Positions 1-12,319 of a stretch of DNA of 64,000 nt are shown here, in pieces. The translations under genes and the position numbers were made by a program. Under the pieces are notes generated by a model that worked only from the letters and a program-made list of their open reading frames with translations, ran no database searches and had not been told where the DNA came from. Position 1 is the first letter of the stretch; each line of letters opens with the position of its first letter. The stretch is from Raja brachyura. Its lineage: Eukaryota. The stretch spans positions 22,072,001 to 22,136,000 of the forward strand of contig OY740809.1 in the NCBI GenBank assembly GCA_963514005.1, given 5' to 3'.

Positions 1-1011
1 TTACTGCTGCGATATTATCTGGTTCTGTAGTTTCCAAGGTTCTCAGTTGTGCCTTGAATTCACTTTGAATGAATTGAATTGTCAGATGACTGGCTTCTCT
101 GATGGTGGGGGATCTCAGGAGGAATCTGAGGTGGGTTATGCATGCGGCACTTTTGGCTTCCCCCACCTGATTTACCTTCCTCACCAAAGTCACTCACTCA
201 TACGATTTTGCTTAATTTTGTACTTCACAAATTTGTTGCACCCACATGACCATACACTTCATTAAGATTGCCAAAATTCCTTGGTGTATTTAGAAGTCAT
301 CTCCATTGCTGTGGCTATCTTACATGCCCACCCATATGTTGTGCATTCAATAACTTACAGTAGATTGAACTTGTCACTATGTTGAAGCGTGCATGAAATC
401 ATTACATTTGATTGAGGAAGATGCCAAAATCACAGTCATCATGACAATACTTTACTATAATTGGTATAATGCTACAAGTACTAATGGTCTCTTTTGATTT
501 TGGGTTCTGCTCCTAAATTTGTGAATTTTTAAAATCTCTGAGGATGCTGGAGTAGTGTTTCTCCAAAGTCTTTGCAACTTCACCAAACAAAAGAACTTTT
601 ACCTTGTTCAGAACCAGGAGGTCCGGTCTGACTTTTATTATATGTTGTCACAAGGGGCCTTATATGTAGTTACACAGTTCATAATTCCTTTGAGAAAATA
701 CCAGTCCTGCAGTTCCAATTTTGAAATGTTTGCAAATTCAAGACTGGCATCTTTATAGTGATGTGTACCTGGCAACCGGAATGCTCAGAACCTTCACAGT
801 TCATACTGATTTTCAAACAGCTGTAGTCAAATTTATATTATCTATGCCAGTTAATTGTTTAGCTCTGCAACTTCCAAACATGCTTCAAAAACTTTGTAAA
901 AGTGTCTACATTTTGGTGCAGCATCCATCTACTTTGTGTCAAAATAACCGGCACTGACTTTGGGTTCAGTTACTGTTTGGTTGCTGAGGAGAATTAATTT
1001 TTTTGCTGTCT

Positions 1012-1145
1012 TTCAGATTCAGATTCAGATTCAGATTCAATTTTAATTGTCATTGTCAGTGTACAGTACAGAGACAACAAAATGCATTTAGCATCTCCCT
1101 GGAAGAGCGACACAGCAAATGATTTGAATAAATAACAATAAGTGT
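1012..1145 (-). mobile_element. 3' tail of a non-LTR retrotransposon with (TGAATC)n tail
   Basis: (TCAGAT)n array followed by an 'attgtcatt...' motif, the reverse of a LINE 3' end (polyA-like signal plus microsatellite tail). Confidence 0.5.
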
Positions 1146-2641
1146 TATTGTTATGGGTGTCTCTTATGGTGTCTCTTCTGGTACCTCCCAAGTTTTTAGA
1201 GGGATTAGTTTAGTTTCAGTGAGAAATGGTTTCATTGCCTGATGGATGGGAAATGGTTCAAAATGTGTTCATCTCACATGGATTTATTTTTGGAAAAAAC
1301 AAGGTAGGTAATTTAAAAGGGCGTATAACCTGAATCTGGCATGTTCCTGTTCAATAGATGAGGTTTAAATTATCCTTAGTGTCTTTAGTGCTTGCATGTT
1401 AAAAGCAAATGTTAAATCAAGGTCAATAGGCCATGTTACTCAAGCTGCATATTGTAAATCTGTGGGAAAAGGGTAAAAGACACAGTCAAAGTCTCCCCTA
1501 ATCATTCCTATTTTTTCTGTGAAAGTAGGTAAGGAGAATATACCAGTACAAATAGTTGTTCACCATGATATATTAAATTCTGCCCTGATTATGGATTCAG
1601 AAAGACAAAGAGATATATCATTCCAAAATAAATGTGCCAATACCCTAAGAATGATACACGGAGACTATGTTGGATTAATTGCTCTGAATTCGCTTTCTGT
1701 TACCTCTTGGCAAATTTACGAGGCCTTAGATTGCGACCAGTTTCTAGTTGCTACTTCACCAACTCTGAAAGTTGTTTTAAATTATTTACCTGATAAATAT
1801 TCGGGAACTGTTCAAATTCCATCCATGGGAAACTTGATTTAAGTTTGAGTGCAACATTGCTAATGTATTCGCTTTGAATCCTATTACATTTGATAAGACG
1901 GGCAAACTTAACTTGGACCTTATTTATATCCCACGTACACCTGTAACTGAGGTATAAAATAGATGCCCTCTTATTGCAGTTCTTCTTTCGAGGAAAACCA
2001 AGTTCTGGAGTAACTCAGCAACTCCGGCGGGAATTGACAAGCAACGTTTTGGGTCAGGGCTCTTTTTCAGCACTGCGTTTCACTCAAGAATCCAGCACTA
2101 CAGTTCCTTGTGTCTTCATCTTTTGAAGCAGTTTGGATATGTTTGGGGTGGATTGGGAGTGAGCACTGTGGATGTTAATCCTGGACGGGTCTCTAACGCT
2201 GAGCTGCAGCCTGGAATTTTTTTTCAAGTTGCCATCAGCCCTTAAACTTAATTGCTGACAACTGATTGAACAAGTATGTTATCTGATCGAACCCAAACTT
2301 TGCATCCGTTGCCCTGAAACCTGCCTAAATTCCAACTGGAATAGGTATAGTGTCATATTCTGGTTAAATTGAGCTTTTTGAGTAAATCGTGTATGAATAA
2401 TGGATTTTGAGTGAATTTATGTGAATAGTTAGATACATTTACAGTAAAAGGGCAATCATTGTAAATAAGATGAGAAAATGCTGCACTTTCTGTCTGTTAT
2501 TCTTTTTGTTTTTGCCTTTTGAACCCATCTCTGGTTTCACAAAATTGAGATTGAGTTGGGATAAATTTAAAAAATGAGATTTTTCTAGTATATTTTGAAA
2601 TTACTTTCTCTTTTTTGGAAAATAACCTAAAGTTATGAGAA

Positions 2642-2853
2642 GAAAGACACAAAAAGCTGGAGTAACACAGCGGGTCAGACAGCATCTCTGGGGAAAAGGA
2701 ATGGGAAAAGGAAAGGAATTCTTCAGATGAAGGGTCTCAGCCCGAAACGTTACCCATTCCTTTTCTCCAGAGATACTGCCTGACCTGTTGAATTACTCCC
2801 GCTTTTTGTGTCTATCATCGGTTTAAACCAGCATCTGTAGTTCCTTCCTGCAC
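2642..2853. mobile_element. Short fold-back element, Penelope-like pLTR derivative with degenerate hammerhead core
   Basis: Inverted arms at ~2645-2705 and ~2753-2813. Core cagatgaagggtctcagcccgaaacgtt. 12-bp TSD AAGTTATGAGAA at 2630-2641 and 2854-2865. Confidence 0.7.
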
Positions 2854-3791
2854 AAGTTATGAGAACCTAATCTTATTTACAATCATTTCCTGTTCAGTAA
2901 GAGCATCTCTAACTGTGACATTTTGTTTACCATATTTGTTTTGTTCTACATTAAAATCAGTCTGAATACAAGGCAATGTGTTCAGATGGTCCTTTTGGCT
3001 GTTTTATTCAAAATATTTTTAAATTTTGGTTCATGTGAATAGCTGAGAAATGGTGTCATCTCCTGGTTAGTCACTGATCATACGGAATGCTTTCAGTTCC
3101 AGTATATCTTTTTCCTGGACCGCGAATTTCACTTGCTGAATATTTATTGTTGATCATTTATTACAGACATCAGGGAAACTGGGAAATGCAACCAGCTATT
3201 TTAACACTAAGGGATGATATATACATGTAATAATCCGCAGAGGTCGTATGGGAGATTACAATGTATTTCTCTGTTTACTTTTCAGTGACTGTTTTCCAAA
3301 ATTGATTTTCGAGAGCACAATTGAAAACTGTTGGAAAGGGACACTTTTGATTTGTCATAAATGGCAAACCTTCAGATCCAGAAAGGAGGATAATTTGAAG
3401 GAGTTTATCATGAAACAATAAACTTCAGTGATTTCTTTTGTTGACGGATGGTTTTGGCAAAACAATAATGCTGCATAGACAGAGCTTATCAGAAATGCAC
3501 AAATGTCTTCTCTACAGTACTTCTGTACACTGGATATGGCCATTACTCTCACTGTTGATCCTTAATTCCTCTTGAACTGAATGGCTTGTTACGTAATTTT
3601 AGAATGCAGTTATGTGGCAAAAAAACGTTAGCAGGTCTGGAGCCATATTAGGCCAGATCTGGTAAGGACATCAGATTTCCATCGCCGAGTGAGTGAATTT
3701 GGATACGTTTTTCCAACAATCTGGTCATTCCATGCTTAATGTTGCTGATCCCAATGTTTTGTGCCAAGATTCTTCCATTACTTGTTTAAAT

Positions 3792-4823
3792 TAGCAATGT
3801 TAAAACATTTTGAGATTTAAAAAATCAAGTCTACAATTTATCCCATCAGATAAAGCATAAAAAGAAGTTTAATTTGACACCTAATTCACTTTCATATCTT
3901 CAGTATTAAAAAGGTTATGTCCATTTTCATACTCAGAAATTAGCATCTTGTTCCCCATTGCCTTTCCATTGACTTAACGCAAAAGCTGTGATCTAGGATG
4001 GTCTAAAGCCCATAACTTTCTTAAAAATTAAGAGAACTCAATGAAATTTTCAGTTATTATAGATTGAAGCATTCTGAAACAAATATGAAACAATATTACT
4101 TGGATGACCTGAAATTAAAGCATATAATTAGTTATTTACCTAATTGTAGCTAATTACAAAATTCAATTTCTAGATCTAAACATCTATACATTTCTTAAGA
4201 AAAGATAAACTTGCTTAAATTGCCTAAGTGTACAAATAACATTCACACAATAATTCACAATATAACATGATTTTTAAATCTAATTTTCATGAATTTATAG
4301 GCCAAATTGAAGGAATTTAGTGTTTAATTCCTGTAAATTAATGGCCATTTAAATCAACTAGCGAGTGGGTTTTAGTGGAATGCGGTGGATTAGAACATTG
4401 CGGTTTGCAGTGAAGTCGGCATGAAAAACACTGCCGGTTCATACATTTTTTTTGTCCCCATTTTGCAACATGAAAATGTGATTAAAGCCTTCCTAAAAAC
4501 CAAGTTTTAATGTAAAAATAAACTGTGCACTTTATTTTCTCCCCTACATAAAATCCTTCCCGTTGTCGGCGCTCACGGCTTTAGAAGATGATTTTTAAAT
4601 TACTCTAGTTAATAAATAATCTAGTGTAATTTAAAAATACCTTCATGAATGAAATGTCAGAGCGATTTTTCTTCAGCAACAAAATCGCCCGACATGGATT
4701 GATTTGCCCAGTTTGTGGAAAACGGCACTTTAAACACGCCCCCCTCTGAAAGGCGCCAAAGTCACGCACACGGGGAGCAGCAGAACTGCAGCGCTGCTCA
4801 AGGTAAGTTTTGTAACATACCTA
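3792..4823. mobile_element. Non-autonomous DNA transposon with imperfect TIRs
   Basis: Termini TAGCAATGTTAAAACA and (rc) TAGGTATGTTACAAAA. Flanked by TTTAAAT at 3785-3791 and 4824-4830. No ORF. Confidence 0.55.
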
Positions 4824-4839
4824 TTTAAATGTGCTTGCT

Positions 4840-4979
4840 TCTTCATCTTCTTTCGTGTGGCGCGCACAGCCTAAAGTTATAGGACAACTTGTTCTATTTG
4901 ATCTTCCGTTTGAGCACGTCGAGTTGATTGCATTAGTTGAAATAGGGCGGACCACGTGAAGGTTGCAATCTTCCACCCC
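4840..4979 (-). mobile_element. ~140-bp retroposon with (GAA)n tail, RTE-type
   Basis: Near-identical to 39010-39151 in reverse orientation. 12-bp TSD AATGTGCTTGCT at 4828-4839 and 4980-4991. Confidence 0.75.
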
Positions 4980-6915
4980 AATGTGCTTGCTGCTGAGGTG
5001 GATAAGAACTCTGGTAGACTAGGTCTCTACAGTAGTTGCAATTGAATGATTAGCTAAAGTAGTTGTAGCCTCTCACTTCTTTTTGTTCTGATTGGGGTCC
5101 TGGAACAGAAATGCTAGTTGTTTCTCTTTTCACAGATGCTGCCTGACTTGCTAAGGACTTTCGGGATTTTCTTTTTTATTTCACCTTTCCAGCATATGCA
5201 GCTTTTTGTTTTCTGATATACTTTTTGTATTTGCTATTTGGCCATTATTTTCATTTCAGTAATAAGACTATGTTGCTTCCTCCTCACAAGAGGCTTGGGT
5301 AGCTCTGTCGTAGAGGATACAAACTGAAACTTGGAAGAGGGAGTGCACAGTAGCAGTGACAAATAGTAAAACAAAACAGTAATATAAGAGCATAATGAGC
5401 CAGAGGTTCCAGACTGTAGCTCGTTGTCTGCACTTTGATCTGTGAGGTAAGTATGTCGTTGTCTTTTGAGGACCACTGCTGTTAACCTGCTGTTTAGCTT
5501 AGGCCTAGTGTTCATTTACAGAAGAGCTGGAAGAACTTTAACCACTGGCTAAATCATGACTGCAGCTTACCTGGCTGTCAAAAGCCTCTTAAACTGTTGA
5601 ATATTTTTGGTATTCAGATGCAGCCAAAACACTTCAATAAAAGTTAAATTAAAATAAATTCCCCTAATAATAACAATGGTCTCTCATGGCTATTTCTCTC
5701 CACTGTAAAGAATCGGCTCACTGCTTCTGGACTTGGTTTAACCTGAGCAGTGTAAAGTCAGGGTGGAGTCAGGAAAGGTTGTTTGAGAGAAGTGTGGATG
5801 TGAAAGTGGGATAACATAGAGCTATCGTGAAGGGGTGATCGATGGTAGGTGTGGACTCGGTGGGTAAAAAGGCCTTTGTTTCCATGCTGCATGTCTGAAC
5901 TACAATTCAAACTAATTTTCACAAGCATGGAATCGTACATCTAATGTGCTTAAAGCAGAGAACGGCTAGCAGTTCCATGTGGACCGAGAGCATTTCCCAG
6001 GCACTCTGGACCAGTCTTTATTCTTTGTATCTCCAGAAGTTTTTGATACCTACATTTGAGCTGTTCTTGTTGGTGGGTTTTAGTTCCATATGTATCAATG
6101 ATTTCATTTTTTCAGACTTGAAGTCAAATATGAAAGGTGTCCAAAGAATGAGTAGAGAAACTTAAGCAGTTAATTTCGAGCATTGATTTTATTACATGTT
6201 CGATCTTTATGAAATTGACTTGAGAAGATGGTTGAATAAGACAATGAAACTTTGACTTACATTTTAACTGCAAAACATTCTGGTTTTGCAATAAAATAAA
6301 AAGCAGATAATGAAAATAACAAGATATATTTTTATGGCAGTTGTTAAACTTAACTATTAAGTTTGAGTGACTGGAATAATGAATAGTTTATATGCACTTT
6401 TAAAGTTATGGCATACAAAATTTTATTTTTCCACATCATTTATCTTTTACTGCCATACCAAATCTATGGCATTATTGGGGATGGATTTGAAAGGCAAGAG
6501 TATAAAGTGCCCTTTCCACAGTGTCCAAGACAGCATATTAAATACGAACTTGTTTATTTTTCGGTAAACTAGTAGTCAAACACAAAAATGATGATGTTTT
6601 CATTTAAATGATTTAGTCACTTGTTAAAGCTATCTGTCTTGCACAAATTATATGAATTATATGAGCTTGTCTGAATTAAATTGGTTTCAGGCCTTTTAGT
6701 ACCAAAGATCAGCCCTGGTCTCATTGAAATTTGGAGCAAGGTTGAGGGTCCTGGTTTCCTAGCATTTTCCCCTTGTCCATGCCATTTCTTCACATTCACG
6801 ATGCTTTGGTGCCCTTACTTAACAAACATGACCTACTTGCCCTCTCTCTTTTCAGTAAGGAGATGTCAAAGGATTTATTGGTGTTCCAAATGTAAACATC
6901 AAATCCTGAAGCTTT

Positions 6916-7203
6916 GATTGAAAGATATAGTATGGAAACAGGCCCTTCGGCCCACATTGTCCGCGCTGACATTTACCCACTTCACATCCACTCCCTACAC
7001 ATCTAGGCAATTTACAGCGGCCAATTAACTGACAAACCTGCATGCCTTTGAGATGTGGGATGAAACGGGAGCAGCTGGAAGAAATCCATGTGGCCACAGG
7101 GAGAATGTGTAAACTCCATGCAGACGCCATCTGAGGTCGGGATTGAACCTGGGTCTCTGGCACTGTAGGCAGCATCTCTACCGACTGCGGCATTGTGCCA
7201 CCC
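6916..7203 (-). mobile_element. tRNA-derived SINE (HE1/V-SINE-like)
   Basis: Reverse complement has a tRNA-like head (A box GGCACAATGCCGCAGTCGGTAGAG, B box GGGTTCAATCCC) and the LINE-derived tail gtgggccgaagggcctgtttcc. Homologous to the copies at 12320, 13282, 15556 and 34866. Confidence 0.8.
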
Positions 7204-8104
7204 TTTGCTATGTGCGCCCTCAACGTTTCATTCTTTGAGCATAAAAATATTCAGTTTCCTTAGTTTTGCCTTCATTGTCATCCATCTGGGTTTTCAGGAT
7301 GACATATATACTATGGGTCAAAACTCAATAGGGGCTCATAATTTCCATAGTGACGCTGTAACCGAGATTCCTTTAGACTGTGCTGCAGTAATTTGTTCTT
7401 TACTCAAGATTCCAGCATCTGCAGTCTCTTGTGTCTCCATTTTCTTTTGATTCCTGCTTGTGACTAAGCCCTGTGGCAATCCCAGGTTTGCCCGTGATCA
7501 TTTAAGTAAAGAATGCCTTTGTGAGACAACATGGTGTTGGCATCAAATGCATTAGTAAGGGAAAATTCAAGGCTGGGATTAAATTGGATGGTGACAATCA
7601 TACAGGCTGGTTTGCAGCTAAGGCTAGGAGGAATCTTCTTTATAAGAAAAGCAAAAGTGATTATATATCAACAAATTTCATGAGGAACAAGAGGAAGGAG
7701 GAATAAACAGCAATTGGGGATGCGGTGAAGAATGAGGGAAGATTATTCAAAGCAACGTCCATGATACAGATTTTGAGGAGGACCATGAAAAGGGGGAAAA
7801 TGTCAGTCTTTGGGACAAAGTCTGGGAGAATTTTGAACAATTAAGCTAACAATGGAAGTGGGTGAAGGGGCATAAACAGATATTGGTGGAGGTGAAGGCA
7901 CTTGGACTTTGATACTAATCTGTGAGGAATGGGGTGGGGCAGAGAAGGTCCAGAGAAGGGCAAAGGTAGGGTGATGGGTGAATAGGTGAATATTAAGTGA
8001 AACTCAGGACACTGGGTAGAATAAAATAGACACAGAGTAATGGAGTAACTCAGTATGTCAGGCTGACCTGCTGAGTTATTCCTGCACTTTGTTTTTTTTT
8101 GTTA

Positions 8105-8530
8105 AAGAAGGAACTGCAGATGCTGGAGAATCGAGGGTTACACAAAAAGCTGGAGAAACTCAGCGGGTGCAGCAGCATCTAAGGAGCGAAGGAGATAGGC
8201 GACGTTTCGGGTCGAGACCCTTCTTCAGACTGGTCAGGGATCAGGGAAACGAGAGATATAAACAGTGATGTGGAGAGATAAGGAACAATGAGTGAAAGAT
8301 ATGCAAAAAAGTATTGGTGATAAAGCAAATGGCCTGCTTCCTTTATCATCAATACTTTTTTGCATATCTTTCACTCATTGTTCCTTATCTCTCCACATCA
8401 CTGTTTATATCTCTCGTTTCCCTGATCCCTGACCAGTCTGAAGAAGGGTCTCGACCCGAAACGTCGCCTATCTCCTTCGCTCCTTAGATGCTGCTGCACC
8501 CGCTGAGTTTCTCCAGCTTTTTGTGTAACC
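8105..8530. mobile_element. Young fold-back element with 192-bp inverted arms and two hammerhead-like cores
   Basis: Arms 8134-8325 and 8341-8532 have one mismatch and a 15-nt spacer. 18-bp TSD CTTTGTTTTTTTTTGTTA at 8087-8104 and 8531-8548. Confidence 0.85.
8438..8465 (+). ncRNA. Minimal type I hammerhead-ribozyme-like motif (mirror copy at 8201-8228 on -)
   Basis: CTGAAGA-A-GGGT(CTCG)ACCC-GAAA-C-GTC gives the CUGANGA and GAAA boxes, helix II, a palindromic ACGT helix III and a GUC cleavage triplet. Helix I is weak (about 2 bp). Confidence 0.55.
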
Positions 8531-8829
8531 CTTTGTTTTTTTTTGTTATCTAGCAATTGCAGTTCCTTGTTTCTACACTGGGTAGAACTTGTGCGTGGCA
8601 ATTTTTATATGTCTAGAATTTTTGCAGCAGTGGTAATGAGGTGCACTGTCTTATTATTGGATAGGGTGAGTGCTTGAAACTCAAAGCAATGTCCTACCAG
8701 TCTGCATGAATCATGACTGAGGGTAATTGGCTGCTGTTTTTTATTTGATTTCATGTTTATTATATTTGGTTATTCTGCTCAGATGCTGAGCAACTTCACT
8801 CACTCTAGTCTCTGTTTTGTTTCTTGCAG

Positions 8830-8971
8830 GAGAGGCTGTGCACTTGGCCAGGGATTTTGGGTATGTTTGCGAGACTGAGTTCCCGGCGAAAGCAGCAGCA
8901 GAGTTCTTGACCAGACAGCATTCAGACCCCACTGAGCTCCATGCCCGAAAAAATATGCTTCTTGCCACCAA
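8830..8971 (+). CDS. TFAP2E: Transcription factor AP-2 epsilon, penultimate coding exon (helix-span-helix domain)
   Basis: Acceptor ttcttgcag|GA and donor AA|gtgagt bound a 142-nt exon. It translates (G)[46 protein letters not shown](K), the AP-2 family motif, closest to TFAP2E. Phase matches the next exon. Confidence 0.95.
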
Positions 8972-9075
8972 GTGAGTACCAGATATCAATATTCATATTT
9001 CTCCTCTCATTCAGAATGTAAAGTCTACTTTTACCTGGACTCCTGCTGTTTGGAAAGGACCATTTTGAACATAAA

Positions 9076-9180
9076 AGGTAGACAAAAATGCTGAAGAAAC
9101 TCAGCAGGTGAGGCAGCATCTATGGAGCGTAGGAAATAGACAACGTTTCGGGTCGAGACCTTTCTTCAGACTGAACATAA
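9076..9180 (-). mobile_element. Single-arm copy of the hammerhead-bearing Penelope-like repeat
   Basis: Core on - at 9142-9169. 14-bp TSD ATTTTGAACATAAA at 9062-9075 and 9181-9194. Confidence 0.7.
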
Positions 9181-9224
9181 ATTTTGAACATAAATATCGC
9201 TTACATTGATGAGGCTTTTTTTGG

Positions 9225-9690
9225 CGTACTGTGTCCGCCCTGGTCACCCTGCTTCAGGAAGGATATTGTTAAGATGGAAAGAGTGCAGAGAAGATTTACG
9301 AGGATATTGCCAGGACTGAGGGCCAGAGCTATAGGGAGAAGTTGAGCAGGCTAGGACTTTATACTTTGGAACACAGGAGGATGAGGGGTGAACTTATAGA
9401 GATGTATAAGTTCATGAGAAGAATATATAGAGTGCACGGATCATTTTATCCAGAGAAGGGGAATCAAGAACCAGATAACATAGGTTTAAAGTGAGAGGGG
9501 AAAGATTTAATGGAAATCTCTGGAGAAACCTTTTTTGCACAGAGGGCCAAGGGTATATGGAATAAGATGCCGGAGGAAATAGTTGAGGCAGGTACAATAA
9601 CAATATTTTAAAAATATACGTATGGGCAGGTACATGGATAGGAAAGGTTTAGAGTGTTATGGGCCATATGCGGGCAGGTGGACCTAGTGT
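9225..9690 (+). mobile_element. CR1-clade LINE 3' fragment (HER1-like); tail resumes at ~11455-11515
   Basis: Degenerate RT C-terminus (ERVQRRFTR, RG.LIE.YK, SRTR.H.FKV) and 3' UTR. Interrupted by a Rex/Babar element. Confidence 0.75.
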
Positions 9691-9709
9691 AATGGGCAAT
9701 TTGCTTACA

Positions 9710-11455
9710 GGTAATGATGGTCTGCCACAGACAATCTGCCATAGGCAATGATGGTCCAATTCTATACTGCCATTGTAGAGTCTGACCTCACCTTCTCCAT
9801 CATGGTCTGGTTTGGTTCAGCCACCATGCACAACATCTGGAGGCTGCAGCGAATCGTTCGATCAGTTGGGAAGGTTGTTGGCTGCAACCTTCCCCCCATT
9901 GACGAACTGTACACTGCAAGGGCCAGGAAGCGAGCGGGTAAGATCATCTCTGACCCCTCCCACCCAGGCCACAAACTTTGAAGCACTTCCCCCTGGAAGG
10001 CGACTCCAGACTGTCAAAGCTGCCACAGCCAGACATAAAAACAGCTTTTTTCCACGCGCAGTAGCTCTACTCAATAACCAGAAGTCTGTAGCCTCCTTTT
10101 GCTCTGGTATTTTATTTCATTCACATGTTCAAACTATAATGTTTTATTCTTAACTAGAACAAGTGAGACCCGTTGGGTCCCATCCCCCAACGTGCGGGGG
10201 GTGGGGACGACGATATCACACGGGAGGGCTGGTCCCTGAATGCGGTTTCAGCGCTCACCCCGTAGACAGGCACCCCCCGGAGCCATTCCCCCAACGTAAC
10301 CCATTCGCCCAATACAATATTCCACCACTCGCCCAGAGCTCCCAACTACGCAGGCGCGGCTCATTTCCCTCACCTCCCGCCCCCTCCTCTTCAACCTCCC
10401 TCTTCTCTCCCCTCACCTCCTCCCCTCCTCCATTCCCTCCTTCACCTCTCCCTCCCTCTCCTTTCTCCTACCATCAGTTCCTCCCTCCCACCCTCCATAA
10501 CACCTCTCTCCTCCATACCCCCCTGCCCGTTGGGCCCCGTTTCACCAATGCAATATTCCACCACTCACCTGATTCCCCAACGCAACCCATTTCCACCACT
10601 CATCCGTTCCCCCAATGCAATCAATCCTTCCCACATGGGGGGGGGGGAGGGGGGGCAGTGGCCGCTTCCCGAATATTACATTCATGGTATGTGCAACACT
10701 CGACTTTAGGGTCGGCGTCAGCGCTCCCTTGAGTCAACCAATCCTTCCCATGTGGGGGCGAGGGGTGGGGGGAAGAAATCTCACTCTCTCCTTACTCCCC
10801 TTGAAGCTGCTGATCCCATTGTCTCTCTGTCACCTCTCCCTCCCTCTCCTGTTCTCTACCCTCATGCACTCCCTCCCTCACCGCTCCCCTTCCACACTCC
10901 GCCACCAACGACAATTTTTAAATACCATTTCTCCTCACATCCTCCACTCCATCAACTCTCATAGCTTGTGTATTGGCAGCAGAGATCACATTGTGATGTC
11001 ATTTTCGGTTGTCGGAATGTTCGCGGTAGCTTGTGTAAATGAGATCCTATTGTGATTGGAGGAGTGTGAGATGCCATTGTGACATCATCACTGGAAGCTG
11101 TTTGTAAAGTCTCACTCTCACAGTCAGTGATTCTCAAAGTTGGCTTTTTATACACTTTAAATATCAATAACCATTGAAATATAACATCAAATGTGAAGAA
11201 ACTTGCAAACAACCACAGGACAAAGCTGAGCAAGATTCTGCAAAAAATGTTCACGCTATTGTGTACCATTTTGGCTTAGCTCCTGAGATCACTGCAGACA
11301 GACAAACAAGTCGAGACTTTTAATAGTATATAGATGTTTAATGTTTTATTCTTAATTGTTTACTGTATGTCTTGTTGTTATTTGCAAGCGGAGCACCAAG
11401 GCAAATTCCTTGTATGTAAACAAACTTAGCCAATAAATGTATTCATTCATTCATT
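9710..11455 (+). mobile_element. Rex1/Babar-like LINE 3' end, split by a Helitron
   Basis: ORF fragments FYTAIVESDLTFSIMVWFG...LQRIVRS...IISDPSHPGHKL and LPPGRRL...RHKNSFFPRAVALLN. The 3' UTR continues after 11334 to AATAAA and (ATTC)n. Confidence 0.75.
10154..11334 (-). mobile_element. Non-autonomous Helitron
   Basis: The minus strand starts 5'-TCTATATACTATTAAAAG and ends with hairpin GGGACCC-AAC-GGGTCTC followed by ACTTGTTCTAG-3'. It is inserted between A and T with no TSD. Confidence 0.85.
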
Positions 11456-12319
11456 TTGGTTAGCAATGGCAAGTTGGGCTGAAGGGGCTGTTTCCATGCT
11501 GTATGACTCTGACTATTACAGCAAAAATAACATAATAAAGGAATACGTGCTGGACTAGGCTATTCAGCCTTTGCCTGACCATTCAATAAAATCAAAACTC
11601 ATCTCCTACAAGCCATTTTCCTATCCTCTATTTTGATTCCCTTAAAAAACATTTTCCTGTGAACATCGAAAGTCGGCTTTTTTTTAAGACGGATTGATGG
11701 AAAAGCAAGGAATTTCAAAACATTTTCTTGCACTGTTGGTTAACTGAATCTTGTTTGTCCTGAATATTACATTCATGGTATGTGCAACACTCCTTGAACT
11801 CTATCCAAGGGTTCTACAGTCAGAGTCAAAGTTGATAGAATCCTACTGTTGGATTTAACATTTATTAAGAATAATCTTCTGGGATCTGCATGTAGTTTTA
11901 TAACTGTGTGTACTGTTTTAAACATTGAAGAGCTTTGTTTTCAAATCTCTTATTCTGCTACATCCTTATAAGAAGCATTTAATGCAAGCAGTGCTGGTAA
12001 AGGTTAAACAGCAATCTGAAAATGCAGTTTTAATGAACAAAATATATATTTTTTGTCAATACAATATTTAGTAATGTTCCAAAAATCACAAAGAAAACAC
12101 TCTTCTTGAAAGTGCTAAGTAGGAGTTATAGAAATGAATAACCCAGAGCTGTAATAGGCTATTTGAGAGAAGTGGATTATCTCTCCTATTTTCAATTAAT
12201 GAATTTAAAAGATTAGAAACAAAACGGGGTAGATATTTTCTTCTTCATTAAAATTAATATTGCTACGAGATAATATTTAGATTGAAATGCAGGAGCTTTA
12301 ATTTTTCATACTTTGGTGA

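Larger units (their letters stand above)
8022..8574. mobile_element. Older fold-back (Penelope-like) element hosting a nested young copy
   Basis: 13-bp TSD ACACTGGGTAGAA at 8009-8021 and 8575-8587. Carries the family motifs gacacagagtaatggagtaactcag and gcagttccttg. Confidence 0.7.

Noticed and set aside
1-8829. Earlier TFAP2E exon (AKSKNGGR...LLTSLVE)
   Set aside because: Not found by eye; presumably upstream of the window.
10163-11055. Proline/serine-rich ORFs of 189 and 146 aa
   Set aside because: They are translations of C/T-rich low-complexity tracts inside the Helitron.
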